Shown here one piece after another: positions 26,751 through 39,682 of a DNA stretch of 64,000 bases (positions are counted from its first letter, which is position 1; each line of letters begins with the position of its first letter). Below the pieces are notes generated by a model, which was given only the letters and a program-made list of their open reading frames with translations, made no database searches and was not told the DNA's origin. The DNA lies in NCBI GenBank assembly GCA_973895155.1, contig OZ316895.1, positions 10,094,184 through 10,158,183 of the forward strand, read 5' to 3'. Made by a program: the position numbers and the translations under genes. Source of the stretch: Marsupella aquatica. Taxonomy: Eukaryota; Plantae; Marchantiophyta.

Positions 26751-29429
26751 CTGAATTCAAAGGTTTGGATGAAGATCCATTGGAGCTTATGGCCTATTGC
26801 AATTACCTTTATCTTCACTTTTTAAAGGATGTTCACAATGTCGAGGAAACTATTATACAGACACGTCAAAGCCTGGGGAGGGCCGCAACTGATGCCCTGG
26901 GGCTTTGACTCGCCTCTACAAGACATGGGCAGCCAAAAGCAAAGTAAAATGCTCACGTACAACATGGTTGTGACATGTCTCACCTTGAATTTCGGCTAAT
27001 GGAGGGGGCCATCTTTCCTTACTCTCAAGGTGCCCCCACTCACTTCTCCTTTGCAAGTGGGCATGAAGTGATTTCCAGCTCTGCTTTGCTTTGAGTCAAT
27101 ATTGTGAGGTGACTTGTGAAACGTTGCCATATATTTTCTTTCAGAGGTGAGTGCAATTGCCCCCTGTAGAGGCCATACAAAACAGGCCATACAAAACACT
27201 ACCATCCCAACTTACTAACAAACATCTACATCTATAATATACAATCCCGCCAAAAGAGTTCATCTTTCGTTTACAAACTAGCTTTTGGTGGGAACTCATG
27301 TCCACCTTTAGATTTATTCTGCCACTTTTGAGAACCGTCAGATTATCTAAAGTTGAAGCAACCTATAAAATGTGTATAGATACTAATTATGATGTCTACA
27401 TTACAATTTAATGGACATGAGTAAATGTATAAAGAGATACAAGTTACAACCTTCACTCAATCATTATTGGGAGAATCCCAAGGAGAGGGAACGAAGACCT
27501 AGAAATAGTTTTTCATTTATTGATAGTTTTCTGTCTTTTTTAGAAGGTTTTTATTTCTTTCCATTTTAATTTGTTGGGGGAGATTGGGAGATACCTTTTG
27601 GGAGTTTGTTCTTATATATTTACTATTGAAGAGATCATTATGTGATTTTTGTGGGTTGTTGTGTGATGCGGTTCTTTTTCCTTGGGGGAAGATAGGGGCA
27701 ACGTTTTTTAAAATAGTAAAGTCAATTAAGGTGTGTGAGAAGGTATGAGTACTCTTGGGTTGATGGTGGCATGTATGAGGCCCATGAGGGTGCAAGGCCA
27801 TTATTTACCTGGGCCCTCTTGAGACTTGCCAATCTCTCAACAGGATATTGGATCCACCTCTCAAGTGATTAATTATCCTATTAAATTTTGCTTTTGAATT
27901 TCTTTCATGTCCCCCCCCCCCCCCTCTTGCCTTCCATTTTCTGCCCTCTCCACACTAGCCAGATCTAAGGCAAAACCCAACTGCCCATTACTCACTCCAT
28001 GGCCATTTGACCCCACCCTACATATGTTCCGCCTTTCTTCCACCCTTCCGCTCTCCTTCTGCCCACCCTGACTCCTCAACTCTTGGCACCCAACTACTCC
28101 ACGGGCCTGTCCAGCACCGCAAGCCCTCTCCAAGTCATGTGGGGGTGGGGAAGGAAAGGAAAAATCAAGGAGGCAGAAAAAAGACAAAGAAAAAAAAGGT
28201 TAAGGGAGAAATTAAGGATGTGATAAAATAAAGGTCATCTAATTTATGTGACCTTTTTGGTGACCATTGGACTCCCCAAACTAGGGGGAGAAGATTATCG
28301 GACCAATGGGAAGGAGAAGCCATTAGGGGGCTTGCATGGTTTCTTTGTTGTCAACACTCTACTTGCCATATGTCTATATTAGTCCAGCCCTAGCTCTCAC
28401 CTTAGGGCTTGCCTAACCCTTTCTCTAACTCTGACTCTCTACCCTTTTGTGTCTTCCATCCCCTATTTGTTTGTTGACTTCTGAAATGTTTGATTGCATG
28501 GATTTCTATAGTGGCAACATTTTCTCAATGAGTGACACACTTTTTGCAATGATAACACGAGGGAGGGTGAGCACGAGAGGGAGGAGAGAAAGGAGAGGGA
28601 AGGGACAGTACGTACCCTGCAACCGCACCTGCCCCCCCCCCCCCGTCGCTATAGCCTGTTTTTGTGCTCACCCCCATCACTTTGGCAATAACAACATGCG
28701 GGACAACATGGCTACAATGACTTCATGACCGCTAGCAAAACATGCTCCCAACAACAATCTTGCAACACACTAACATCTTACATATTTTACCTTTATCATC
28801 TTTGCCTCCTATGACATCTTCTTTCACCTTGACGTCTTTGTCCCATCTTGACATCTTTTTCTCATCTCGATGACTTTTCCCTCCTTGACATGTTTTCTCT
28901 AGCTCCTTGACATGTTTTCTTTTCCAAGTTGGCTTTTTTTCCTCGATCTCCTCAACATCTCTTGCTGACCTTCACATCTATTCTCTCCTTCAAATCTTTT
29001 GCTCACCTCGACATCTTTTCTTTTCCTCGACATCTTTTCTTTTCCTTGACATCTTTTGTTCACCTTGACCTCTTTTCTTTTCTCAACGTCTTTTCATCTC
29101 CTGGACATCTTTTTCTCACCTCAATATTTTTCCTCTCCTTGACATCTTATCTCACCTTGACACGTTGTCTTCTCCTCGGGCTTCTCCTTGACAGCTTTTT
29201 CTCTTCTCAACCTCTTTTTTTTCACCTCGAAAGATTCTGTGCAAGGCACGGGCATTGAGCTATCTAACACTGTAATAACCAATGCCGTCATTTTTTGCCT
29301 TTCGTCCATTTACAAAATGAGCTGAGGGTGGGAGTCATCCATGGCCATTGGAGTTTTTTTATGTCTTTTAAGGGTCGTTCATTGGTTTGTCTGCCTTGCC
29401 TTCAAATAATCTTATTACTTGCCTTGAGT

Positions 29430-30810
29430 CTATGGTGGTGGATGGAGTACGTGTGAAATCATTGATTCATGCAATTTACCCATCTCTTGCTACTGTGGAC
29501 GACAGGTTCCCCTGGGCCCCCAACATTATTAATAATGGGTTGGACGTGCGAACGGATGCAAAAAATCTGATTTGAGATTAATTTTTATAATTGGCTTAGA
29601 AATATCAAGGGATGGTTTTATTCAAAGAACCCTTTCTAACTAATATAGGCTTATATAAATGTTGCCCAAATTAATATGCTTCAAGAGATGATGTAATATG
29701 GATGTGACACGCCTCACAATAGGATTGGTCCTTGTGGCCACCCTTTATTGGAACATGTGTATATGACATATAATTATGCTTGCAACATCTATGATTCAGA
29801 GTAGTTTAGGACTTTGGAGCTTTTGAACCCTGACTACCCTGCCCTGTGGTTCAGAAATGCCCCAAAGTTGAAGTTTGGGTTAAAGGGTCACGAACACAAA
29901 AATGTATGTACCCAAAACCCTTCCAAAACACTCCCTTCAGTTTTAGAACCGTTTGCACATGATGAATTTATAACTTTTCAAGGCTTTCATAAATGGTGTA
30001 AAATGTGAAATTATAATATCTCAAAGGGGCAGATTTATTCTCCAAAATTAGGTTTTTAAGAATAACAAGAGAAATTTTTATAGACTTCCAAAAATAATAA
30101 GGGGTACTAGGGAGGGGGGTGTACGCACGTATACCTCTTTAGTTTACAAAGGCTGGGGCCCAAGGACAGGTTCTTAAGTGAAAGAGCTACCCTGGCGCCG
30201 ACAAATGACAAGGCACTAAAAATTAATGGAGTCCTCAGATATCTTAGAAGGACTTCCTGGTGAATCTAGGGAGTTTTTTAGCGTTGATCGTCCGGATCAG
30301 CTCGAAGGGGAGAATTTTTACCCTACGGAGTTCTTGAATACACTCACGCCGAGTGGTGTGCCGCCTCATAAGTTGGGAGTGAAGGTTGGATGCCCTGTCA
30401 TTTTACTTTGGATTATAGATCACTCTTTGGGATTGTGTAATGGTACTCACCTAATTGTGAGAGCAATGAATCATCGTGTCATTGAGGCACGAGTTCTTGC
30501 AGGAAAGCATGCAAGGACCCTTACATTTATCCCACAGATTCCGTTGACATCTGACAAATCACTTCCTTTTTTATTACGTAGGGTCCAAATTCCCATTCAA
30601 GTGACATATGCAATGACCATAGACAAGGTTCAAGGTCAGACTTTAGATCATGTAGGGTCACAACTTTCAAAATCTGTATTTAGTCACGGACAGTTGTGTG
30701 TAGCATTTTCAAGGGCAACATCTTCTACAACTATCATGGTTTTCCTTTCGGATTCCAAGGAGGGTCACTGAAGCAAGGTTGACAAAAAATGTTGTATATG
30801 ATGAGGTTCT
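29430..30810 (+). pseudogene. Helitron Pif1-like helicase C-terminal fragment
   Basis: LIHAIYP..(insertion)..ERATLAPTN, EFLNTLTPSGVPPHKL.VKVGCPVILL, GLCNGT, YAMTIDKVQGQTL, VFSHGQLCVAFSRA. Confidence 0.9.
29510..30165. mobile_element. 656-bp non-autonomous TIR element (family B) inserted in the Helitron helicase
   Basis: Ends CCCTGGGCCCC / GGGGCCCAAGG with an 8-bp TSD ACAGGTTC (29502-29509, 30166-30173). Excision rejoins the helicase frame VDDRF|LSERATLAP. Confidence 0.85.
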
Positions 30811-30914
30811 TTATTGAACACGTGAATAAAGATTGTATCACTTTGGTATTAATCTGTTTGACTTTTTGCTTGAATTATATGTTTGCAATGCATAACCATG
30901 TTTGCCTCAAAATC

Positions 30915-31155
30915 TTACCCTCATCTCGACATCTTGACCTCACCTCGACATCTTGCCCTTTCCTCAACATTTTACCATCATCTTCACATCTTGCCCTCAC
31001 CTCGACATCTTGCGCTCACCTCAACATCTTGCCCTCACCTCAACATCTTGCCCTCACCTCGACATCTTACCATCACCTCGACATCTTGCCCTCACCTCGA
31101 CATCTTGCCGTCTCCTCAAAATCTTGCCCTCTCCTTGACATCTTGCCCTCACTCG
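30915..31155. repeat. 19-bp minisatellite (CACCTCGACATCTTGCCCT)n, Helitron subterminal
   Basis: About 12 units; degenerate relatives at ~28780-29230 and ~5050-5500. Confidence 0.9.
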
Positions 31156-34100
31156 AAGTCTTTCGTGCAACGCACGGGCATGGGGCTAGTCAAAGTATAA
31201 TGAGTTACGTAACGGTTTATTAATGGGTAGCCAGGCCTTAGCCTTGTTACAACAGCTCTTCATGCCTTCCCTTGACCATAGACAAATTTGTGACAGGCAC
31301 TTATAAGGCTACATTAGGACAGTGGACTTGTCAGTTGAGGGTGTATAGCAGTGGTTCCTGTAGTGGCAAAATCTTGCTAAATTCCACCACTCCAAAAGTT
31401 TTGGGCAGTTTTTGGCAAAGCTTTGCTAGGTTTTCTGTCTCCAATGCCAGTCACCCACCTAGCCACATACCCCATTAGCCAGAATCTAATGGTCATCCTT
31501 CAATCTGGGGAGATCCTTCAATGTAGGGAGATCTAACGGTCAGAAATAATTCAGGAAACCTGATAAGAAGTTTTTGGCATCTTCTCCTTGAGAAAGGCTG
31601 ACATTAGCCGCACTGGCCAAAAAGGCAAACCTTAAAGATTACCTTGGTATAGAGTGGCCAGAGTACTTTTGTAGTCATAATTTTGGGTAACCCAAGTTCA
31701 CCCGTTAGCTAAGCAACTTCCAATTTTTGGGGTTAAAACATAATTAATAAACCCTTTTGAGGGTGGGGTTTGTGGTGCAAACCTGGGTAATTGCCACTCT
31801 GTTCACTTCATTATCTTTTGGTTTTGTTGGGAAGGCGGGCGTGCCGCTAAGGGGTGTTGGAAATTAGATGCAGGCCGTTTGGGACCATCAAGTTTTAGGG
31901 CCACTCTGCATGCGTGATGACCAATGTTAATCAAGCACGAATGCAGGATCCATACCGCTAACTTATGGATTTTAGTGGCAATTAATAGCATTACAGCAGG
32001 GGAGACCTGGACCATCCTCTAGCCCAGTAGCCATGGAGGGATACGGTGGGTGAGAATAATTATGGCACACGGCAGGAGCCAGTTGATGAGATTTTTGGGG
32101 GGTAAAGAGTAATAAAAATTGACTAGATTTCACCTCTCTGAAAGCTTTTTTAGTACATTTCTGTGTTCCAATAGCCTCACTACAGACCCCACTAGTCAGA
32201 ATGTAATGGTTATCCTCAAATGCAAGGAGATATGACAGTCAAATATTGATTGAGAAAATTAGATAAGGAATTTCCGCCCTGGCAAAAAAGAAAAAAATCT
32301 TAGACATTGAGATGCAATTGAACCACCACTGACCATATAAAATGAGTGTCCAAAACTTTTCATTTTGTCACATTCTTCTCCTCTACCGTGAGACTTTGCT
32401 TCACAATTTTGGGAAAATGTACTAAATATGGTGCAATCTGTGTAACCACATTTTTGTCTTGGCTAGTGGCTGTTTAAGCTCCAACGTTGTTACCCTACTG
32501 GTGACAGAAATGCAAGCGCGAGCACAATTTTACATTGAGATCTGTCTCAAACTGGTTGAGCACAACATAATCTCCAATTTATTTCCCAAAGCCACTAACT
32601 TTGCTTGCTTCAGGTAAACAGTGGTAGAGGCACAGGTCAATGGTGAGTACCCCTCCTAGAAGTGTACAGAAGTCCCAATGTTTGGGTCGGACAATGACCA
32701 ATATCCCTACGATGTCTGAAAGAGCAATGCTGTGAACCGCTTCCCCACTCACGGCATATTTGGGGTTTTATGCTGCTCTTAGTAGTGTGACTGCCACCTC
32801 CTCCTTTGGGAAGTGCTTTGCTTCTGGCCTCTTGTCCTGGATGGTTTATGGTGGCCGACCCTTTGTCTCTCCTGTCATCCAGATGTGTGGTGTTTTTTTG
32901 TGTACTTTTTTAGTGGTTTCTGCCTCTTTGGCATTTGGTTCTTGTGTGCTATGGCCCCTTGGGTCGTTGTTCTTAGTGCGTGCTGGTCTTCGCCGTGGTG
33001 ACCGCTAGAATAAACTAGCACCCTGGTGCCCTCTAAAAAAGTTAAAATACAATAAAATTGGTGAGTACCTGTAGAGTTATGCCAAGAGGCTTGATTATCC
33101 ACCAGTTTGCACCATTTTATCAACCTCAGAATGGACATGACATTAAGACTATCAGAGTCAAGCAAATCCACCAAATCAACTTGCGTCCACGAGTGGGGGT
33201 TCTCGATTTGGACCCGCCAGCAGCCCACGGCTGTTTAATTAATTAATTCACAAAGGCCCTCTTTCACAAGGCACATCACAGCCAGCTAATAATAATACTG
33301 AGGCCAGCCAACCTCGACAGTCAATCCATCAATCAATCCTTGGAGTCCAATCCTTGGAGTCCAGTTGAGCTGAGCTGAGCTGAGCTGAGCCAATTCTGAT
33401 ACTCGCACGCGAGGCCGATCGAATGCCTTCTACTCGTCGATGGAACTACGGCGTGCTGGGCTCTACAGTATTTTCCGGGCGTGCCTGAATGAATGCCACA
33501 TTGCGCTCATTCTTCGGTTTCAGCCTGGCTGAATGAATGATTGAAATGATGCGCAACTGGTAATGAATTTTGATCTTCTTCCAGGTTTCTCTCTGGCTTG
33601 CTTGCTTGCTTGCTGGCTGGCTGGCTGGATTAGATTATCCGTTCTCTCAGCTTACGGTACTCACCACTCAATCTCAACCTGATGAGAGTAATGTGAGGTG
33701 AGGGAAAAGCTTCACAATGGCCTGCTGGCTCTCTGTCTGTGTCAGATGGTAGTCGACTGCGTGTTACGCGTTATACGGTCTCGCAGTCTCGCTAGCGTGA
33801 GGCTGATCAGTCATTAAAGCGTCATCAGGATTGAATCAATGACTCAATCACTAATTACTACTAGTCTTCGCAGTTTGTGGCCATGTGTGGAGTTTGTCTG
33901 CGGGTTGTCTGTCTGTCTGTCCGTCTGTCCATGCGGGCTAGACCCAGTCAGATAGCCAGCTAGCGAGCGAGTGAGTCGAGCGAGTGAGCTAGCTCTGAGC
34001 TCTCGGGGGACGATGGACTGATGGGGGGAGTGATGAGTGGAAATCGCGGACACTTCCATGCTTTTCGTTTTGTTTGCATCTGAGAATAGGCTACTGTTGT

Positions 34101-34616
34101 AAGAGCAGCAGTGTGCTTAAAACTTCCCTCCCTGCTTCTCTCTTGGCCTTTCGTCATCATCCCAACATTTGTTTTGTGTCGTGATCGTCGAGGTTCAATC
34201 AGCGGAAAACTCTACCCGATGACCAATCGCAGATCGTCTAGTGCTGCTCACTCCCTTCTTCGCGCCTCGTGCAAAGGCGTCGTCGTTCCATGTGTGCTGA
34301 TGAGTTTCTGCTTTATGCCCGTCGAAGCCGTGCCTGCAAGTTCGGCACCCCTTTCGAGCTAGGGACTGACTCACGGACTGGCGGACTGGACTGGACTGGA
34401 CCGGACTGGAACTCTAGGAGATATGGGAAGAGTGGTACTGAAGATGAGAAATCAGCAGCTGCACTGGAGTAGATGGGCCGTGCACATGTGAAGAGCTGCT
34501 GTGTCTACATGGCGTCCTTCCTCTCCAGCACATTGTAGGGTACGGTAATGCCTCTCGTGCTTCACGGAGAGATTTCGCTGGAATCGCTCTCCGCCACCTA
34601 CGAAACTTGATTGACA

Positions 34617-36200
34617 ATGGAGTCGGCCAGGTGGAGAAGAAACTCTTCCAATTCCTGTAGAATTTGCGTTTGGTTACTGTTTTTGCTTCTATCACCTTTG
34701 CTCTCGATCCGTCCCTCCTCGAATCATGTAGCGGAGGCCCGCTTGAATCCAGACATTGCGCAATTTGTAGCCAAGGTAGTTGAGGACTTTGAACAGGAAT
34801 CCTCTCTTCATGGTGGTCATGAACGGCAGCTTCTCGGGAAACCGAAGCAAGGACTGGAAGTGGAGCTGGTGCACAGGCACCATCCAAGCGTGTTGGGAGG
34901 GGAGAGAAAGTGGAAGGATGGCGAGCTCTTGGCAGATAGGATTCGCTCGGATATGCACAGGCAGTTGATGCAGAAGCAGCAGCTGCGTTCCAAGCTCTCC
35001 ACCTACTTTCCTCACTTAACGGGCAATGGTGCAAATGCAGGTAACTATCAGTTCGTGAGCCCTGTGGTCTCGGGCTCTGGGTTAGGATCTGGACAGTACT
35101 TCGTAGATTTCTACCTTGGGACGCCTCCCCAAAAGTTCTCTCTCATCGCCGACACTGGCAGTGATGTCATCTGGCTGCAATGCCTTCCTTGCATCTCGTG
35201 CTACTCGCAAATTGGCCCACTCTTCAGTCCAAAGGATTCGTCGACGTACAATGCGCTCTCTTGCAGTTCCGCCGAGTGCCAGTTTGTCCCTCCTCCCCTC
35301 AACGCAACTTGTGACCCGAAAAACCCTGTTGTGTGCGACTACCTCTATGCCTACAGCGATGGATCCGAAAGCATTGGAGTTTTCTCCACGGAGACCGCTA
35401 CCATGAATGTGTCGAAGGCGGGGAAGACTGTGAAAATCGACAATGTGGCTTTCGGCTGTGGGCAGCAAAACTCAGGCCCAAGCTTGACTGCGGCTGGAGG
35501 AATTATCGGTCTCGGGCAGGGTGTGCTCTCCTTCCCGTCGCAAATTGGCTCGTACTTTGGAAACCAGTTTTCTTACTGTCTGGTGAACTATCTCGACGCA
35601 CCGACTATCAGCAGCACTCTCGTCTTTGGCAATGTCGGGACCAAATCGAAACAACAGGCTCAGTCCACCCCATTCATCACTAACCAGTTCGTGCCATCTC
35701 TCTATTACGTAGGGATTCAGTGCCTCAGTGTGGGTGGGAACCGGCTGCCCATTCCATCTGAACTGTGGCAGATTAATTCGCTCGGTGTGGGCGGATCAAT
35801 CATCGATTCGGGCACGACCCTCACGATCTTTCTGCAGCCGGCTTACCTCATCATCCTGAATGCCTTCGCGTCTCAAATAAGTTGCTACCCTCGAGTCGCT
35901 CCTTCGCAAGGTCTGGACCTATGCTTCGACACTTCGTCTGCAGCCTCTGGCAATAAGATTTCGCATCTCCCTTCGCTGAGCATTACATTCGACAGCGGTG
36001 CGGTGTTCAGCCCGCCCAACGAAAACATTTATGTGCCAGTGGGCTCTGGTGTGAACACGTATTGTCTGGCGATGGCGGGATCAGTGGGACCATTCGGGTA
36101 CAATGTTTTGGGCAACTTGATTCAACAGAACTACGAGGTCACTTACGATCGGCAAAGTCAACTGTTTTCCTTCGCACCGGCTCAGTGTTCGTCCCATTAG
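34617..36200 (+). CDS. Secreted aspartic protease, A1B nepenthesin-like family (intronless), paralogue of 21560-23305
   Basis: First ATG at 34617. Signal-like hydrophobic stretch, VELVHRHHP, GSGQYF, DTGS, DSGT, FSYCL and VLGNLIQQNY. Confidence 0.96.
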   Translation: MESARWRRNSSNSCRICVWLLFLLLSPLLSIRPSSNHVAEARLNPDIAQFVAKVVEDFEQESSLHGGHERQLLGKPKQGLEVELVHRHHPSVLGGERKWKDGELLADRIRSDMHRQLMQKQQLRSKLSTYFPHLTGNGANAGNYQFVSPVVSGSGLGSGQYFVDFYLGTPPQKFSLIADTGSDVIWLQCLPCISCYSQIGPLFSPKDSSTYNALSCSSAECQFVPPPLNATCDPKNPVVCDYLYAYSDGSESIGVFSTETATMNVSKAGKTVKIDNVAFGCGQQNSGPSLTAAGGIIGLGQGVLSFPSQIGSYFGNQFSYCLVNYLDAPTISSTLVFGNVGTKSKQQAQSTPFITNQFVPSLYYVGIQCLSVGGNRLPIPSELWQINSLGVGGSIIDSGTTLTIFLQPAYLIILNAFASQISCYPRVAPSQGLDLCFDTSSAASGNKISHLPSLSITFDSGAVFSPPNENIYVPVGSGVNTYCLAMAGSVGPFGYNVLGNLIQQNYEVTYDRQSQLFSFAPAQCSSH

Positions 36201-38234
36201 AATGATCACAGTGGGCAGAATGTGAGAGATAGTAGAACATTGTCATCGATCACCTTTGACGCGTACTGTTTCTCCCGCTTAGATGGATAGACTGTGAATA
36301 GGACAGGATTTTTGCATGTGTTCACCATCGTCATAGCGCCCGAACATGTTTGAAACTCGGCTTGAAAATTGGATAGAATGACGTAAGGCGCATGTTGGAT
36401 AATCAGGTGACAAGCCTGCCCTGCGTTCTTCATTTAAACAAGGTAGAAGATGATGGTCAATTAGACAGGAAGACTTTATACTCCTGGAGGCGGGTAGTAC
36501 TCGCAATTGTTTTCAAGTGCTTGGGAATTTGCTTCCAGCCCAAGCTCTGTCTTGCTGCCATGTTGCAAGTAAGTAATGAATTTGGATGGAAGATTTCGTT
36601 TCGCGATGGAATTTTATGGTCAATTGCAAAGAGTGTTCATGAATCGAATCCCCTTGCTCCTAGCTGCAAAGTGCCCGACAAGTACGCTCAGGAAGTCTCT
36701 CTGATGCATTTGAAGCAATACCGAAGAATTTAAGCGAAGTGGTGAATATATTGATGGATTCCATGTGACGGAAGGATTGCAAATTGTCTTTCATTGGATT
36801 GAGAGGGATGTGGTGAAGGGGTTCAGTACAGTACCTGTCATGAGAACGCCAGTCCCGCATTGTCTTGTGTAGCAACTAGTTAGCAACTAGTTGTGCGCGG
36901 GACTGACGGCGACTGTTTCGGAATTCCGACTACGCTGTAAGATGAAATGCAGTACAGGATTATAGCCCAGAGCACCCCGTGCAACCGCAATCCACAGTAC
37001 TACAGCGATGTTGACCCCGGTTCTCGCGGAGAAGAGTTGCGTATTTCAACCACTGTAGAGTTGGAGCAGCTCCGGAATTTTGACACTTTCAGTGTTTTCG
37101 TGAATGAAGGATGCAAGCGTCGAGTTCTCTATGCATTACGTCTTAGGCAGGGTGAGGGACCCTCGAAACTTTAGCTCAACACTGCGCTGGATACACGACC
37201 ATGCTGTTCTGCAATGTCATTGCGTCGGAGCTGCAAAAGCTTTCTTGTTTGGTCTGGTGTGGTTAATCTGATTTCATTTTTCATTCCACACCTTCATTCT
37301 TGATGACTATTCCGGACTCGAAGGAGCAGGCTATGAGAAATGCGGAAAAAGGCCCCTAAATTTTCACAAATTTCATTCACAGGCTCCAAAGTTGGGAAGT
37401 CCTGAAATTGAGCTGACAATTACGATTGGAAAATGTTGTAGGCAAATCTTGTATGGAACAATATTGTCTGCTGGTGCAGTGGCATCTTTGAAAATCAATA
37501 AAATATCAGGTACCTGTCGTGTGGATGGGCTTCTCACGCCGTGCAATAGGTGATCAGATGCTCAATGCACAGGAGCCATTTGGCGCTTCAAAGATGCTGT
37601 GTTGACAGGAATTTCTTCGTACAGTACCACCGACTGCTGCAGGACACGATTTTCCAGTACAATCAGAGGCATCCGGATTCCAGAAGGGTTGGTGTCCTGC
37701 ATATCACCCCCTACTAGCACCACGGCCAAGCTAGGCAAACCGTTTGGGAGCCCGTACTCTTTCGACTCCCTGGATCGATCAATGTCAATCGCTCTCCATC
37801 CATTGATCGCTGCAGCTCTGCGCAGCAAATCGCTGGAATGTTGAATTCCAGACTCTGACATTCTGCATCCGGTATCACAACTTACAACCGATGACGAATA
37901 GTCGATCATTGCATGCGGGGGCAGGGCAATGACAGGATTGACAGGAGCTCAAGAAGGTGCCTCGAATCACCCCGTTGGAGTGCGATCTCAGCAGAGCTTT
38001 GTTCGACCAGCTATGGTGATTTGCAAGGGCTGACGTCGGACACGATGTTGCAGCGCAAGGGAGTGTAACAGCATAGAAAGCTGATCCGAGTTGTGACACT
38101 CCCCCAACTAATTATATGATATGCTAGACTAGATTGTGGGTTATTCTATAAATTCTCATAACACAACCTCCCGAGCCAAGTGAGGCTCTAGCCAGACAAA
38201 ACTAAAGGTTGGCACGATTAAAAAATGCTAAATT

Positions 38235-38790
38235 TTAGGCCCCATTTACAAAATAGTTTGGAGTATGAAACCTTGAATAAATCAGGCCGTGACCAAAGAG
38301 GTTTTGGCCACAAAAGCTTGCTTTAACTGTTGCAAATGCCTCTCTTTAGTATTGTACACTGTAATTTTCAGAATCATATGTGGAGAAATGATATGCAGAG
38401 AAAAAAGATTTGGAGGCATTTTTGGGCCCCCACCACAAAGCCGAACTTAAAGTTCAGCCAATAAATAAGTACTTATTCAAATTTTGGGCCCCACTACCAA
38501 AATGGTTTGAGGTACTTGAGAACCTAAAACAAACAAAAGAACCTTTTCCAGTTTGCGGCCCCACGAACAAAATGGTTTGAATGATTTGGGGTACTTGGGA
38601 AACCTAAAACAAAAAAAACAACGTTTTAGAGTTTTGGGCCCCACTGAACAAAGTTTGCGAAAACCTAGAATAATAAAAAAAACTCGTTAAAATTGTGGGG
38701 GCCTATTACAAAATAGTTCGGTACTTGTAAAACCTAGAATAAGTACTAAAATTGTGGGCCCCACTAACAAAATCGTTTGGGGTCCATGTG
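38235..38790. repeat. Degenerate ~60-80-bp repeat array (TTTGGGCCCCAC...AAAAT.GTTT...AAACCTA)
   Basis: About 7 recurrences of the motif. Confidence 0.7.
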
Positions 38791-39370
38791 AAACGGAGAA
38801 TTAGCCACTAACTTTTGGATTTAAAAATAATGGATACCCTGCAAAGTCAATGTTCACAAAATGTTCAGAAGATTCTTGAATTGGCCAACTACTCCCATCA
38901 TACCAAGCCAGACCTGACATAGAGCCATCCAGGGCAGAAGATACCATACCCTCAGTTGTAGAAATGGCCCCAAATGAGGATGTTCATATTTGTCAAATTA
39001 ATTACAACTTTGTGGATGAGTTGCCACTCTCAGGCTTCAATTATAAGGGCAAACAAGTCAATAGTGATGGCAGGGGAAGTGAGAGTCTTTGAGTTTTCTC
39101 TCAACTCAGACACAAAATTGCTCGCTTCAAAGTAATGAATTTAAGAAGTGGCAATGTTGAGCAAAGATGATATTCACAATGACAAGCCCATAACCAACTA
39201 ATAAACAAGTAGTCGACATAGATGGATACGTGATTCATCTCAGTTCACACAATACTTTTATTCCACTCTATGCACATTGGTCATACCAAGTCTCCGCAGT
39301 ACAAGTTTTCTCTAATTTTCAACTAGCTCTATAACAATGAGCATGAGTTCCTCTTATCCAGACATACACT

Positions 39371-39682
39371 CTTGGGGGCCTCACTCCAAGGGACCGAGGT
39401 CCCATATCACGTGCAAAGTTTTCATGTAATAAACACACTAAAAATTTAAGAAAAAAGTATTTTTTTACTATTTTTAACCCCTAACTTTATGGAATATTCT
39501 AGTAATATTTGCACATTTGGTATTAAAAAACCCCTATAGTTTTTATTATTCTCAAAATTTAATTAAAACACCCTTATATTTCTTCACCAAATTTTTGTAA
39601 GTTGTTTGCGTAATTGAATTAAAAAAAAAAACCTAACTTCTTCACGCACTATGGGCCGAAAAAAAGAAGTGAGAACCCTGGG
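39371..39682. mobile_element. 312-bp MITE family A copy
   Basis: TIR CTTGGGGGCCTCACT / AGTGAGAACCCTGGG; 8-bp TSD CATACACT / CAGACACT (one mismatch). The interior resembles 1024-1320. Confidence 0.85.

Larger units (their letters stand above)
27231..31189 (+). mobile_element. Non-autonomous Helitron
   Basis: 5' end A|TCTATAATAT (alternatively the TC at 27225). 3' hairpin CGTGCAACGCACG followed by CTAG|T at 31186-31190. Contains a Pif1-like helicase fragment and a second degenerate 3'-end-like motif at ~29240-29265. Confidence 0.75.

Noticed and set aside
30789-31223. His/Leu/Pro-rich ORFs
   Set aside because: Translations of the 19-bp minisatellite.
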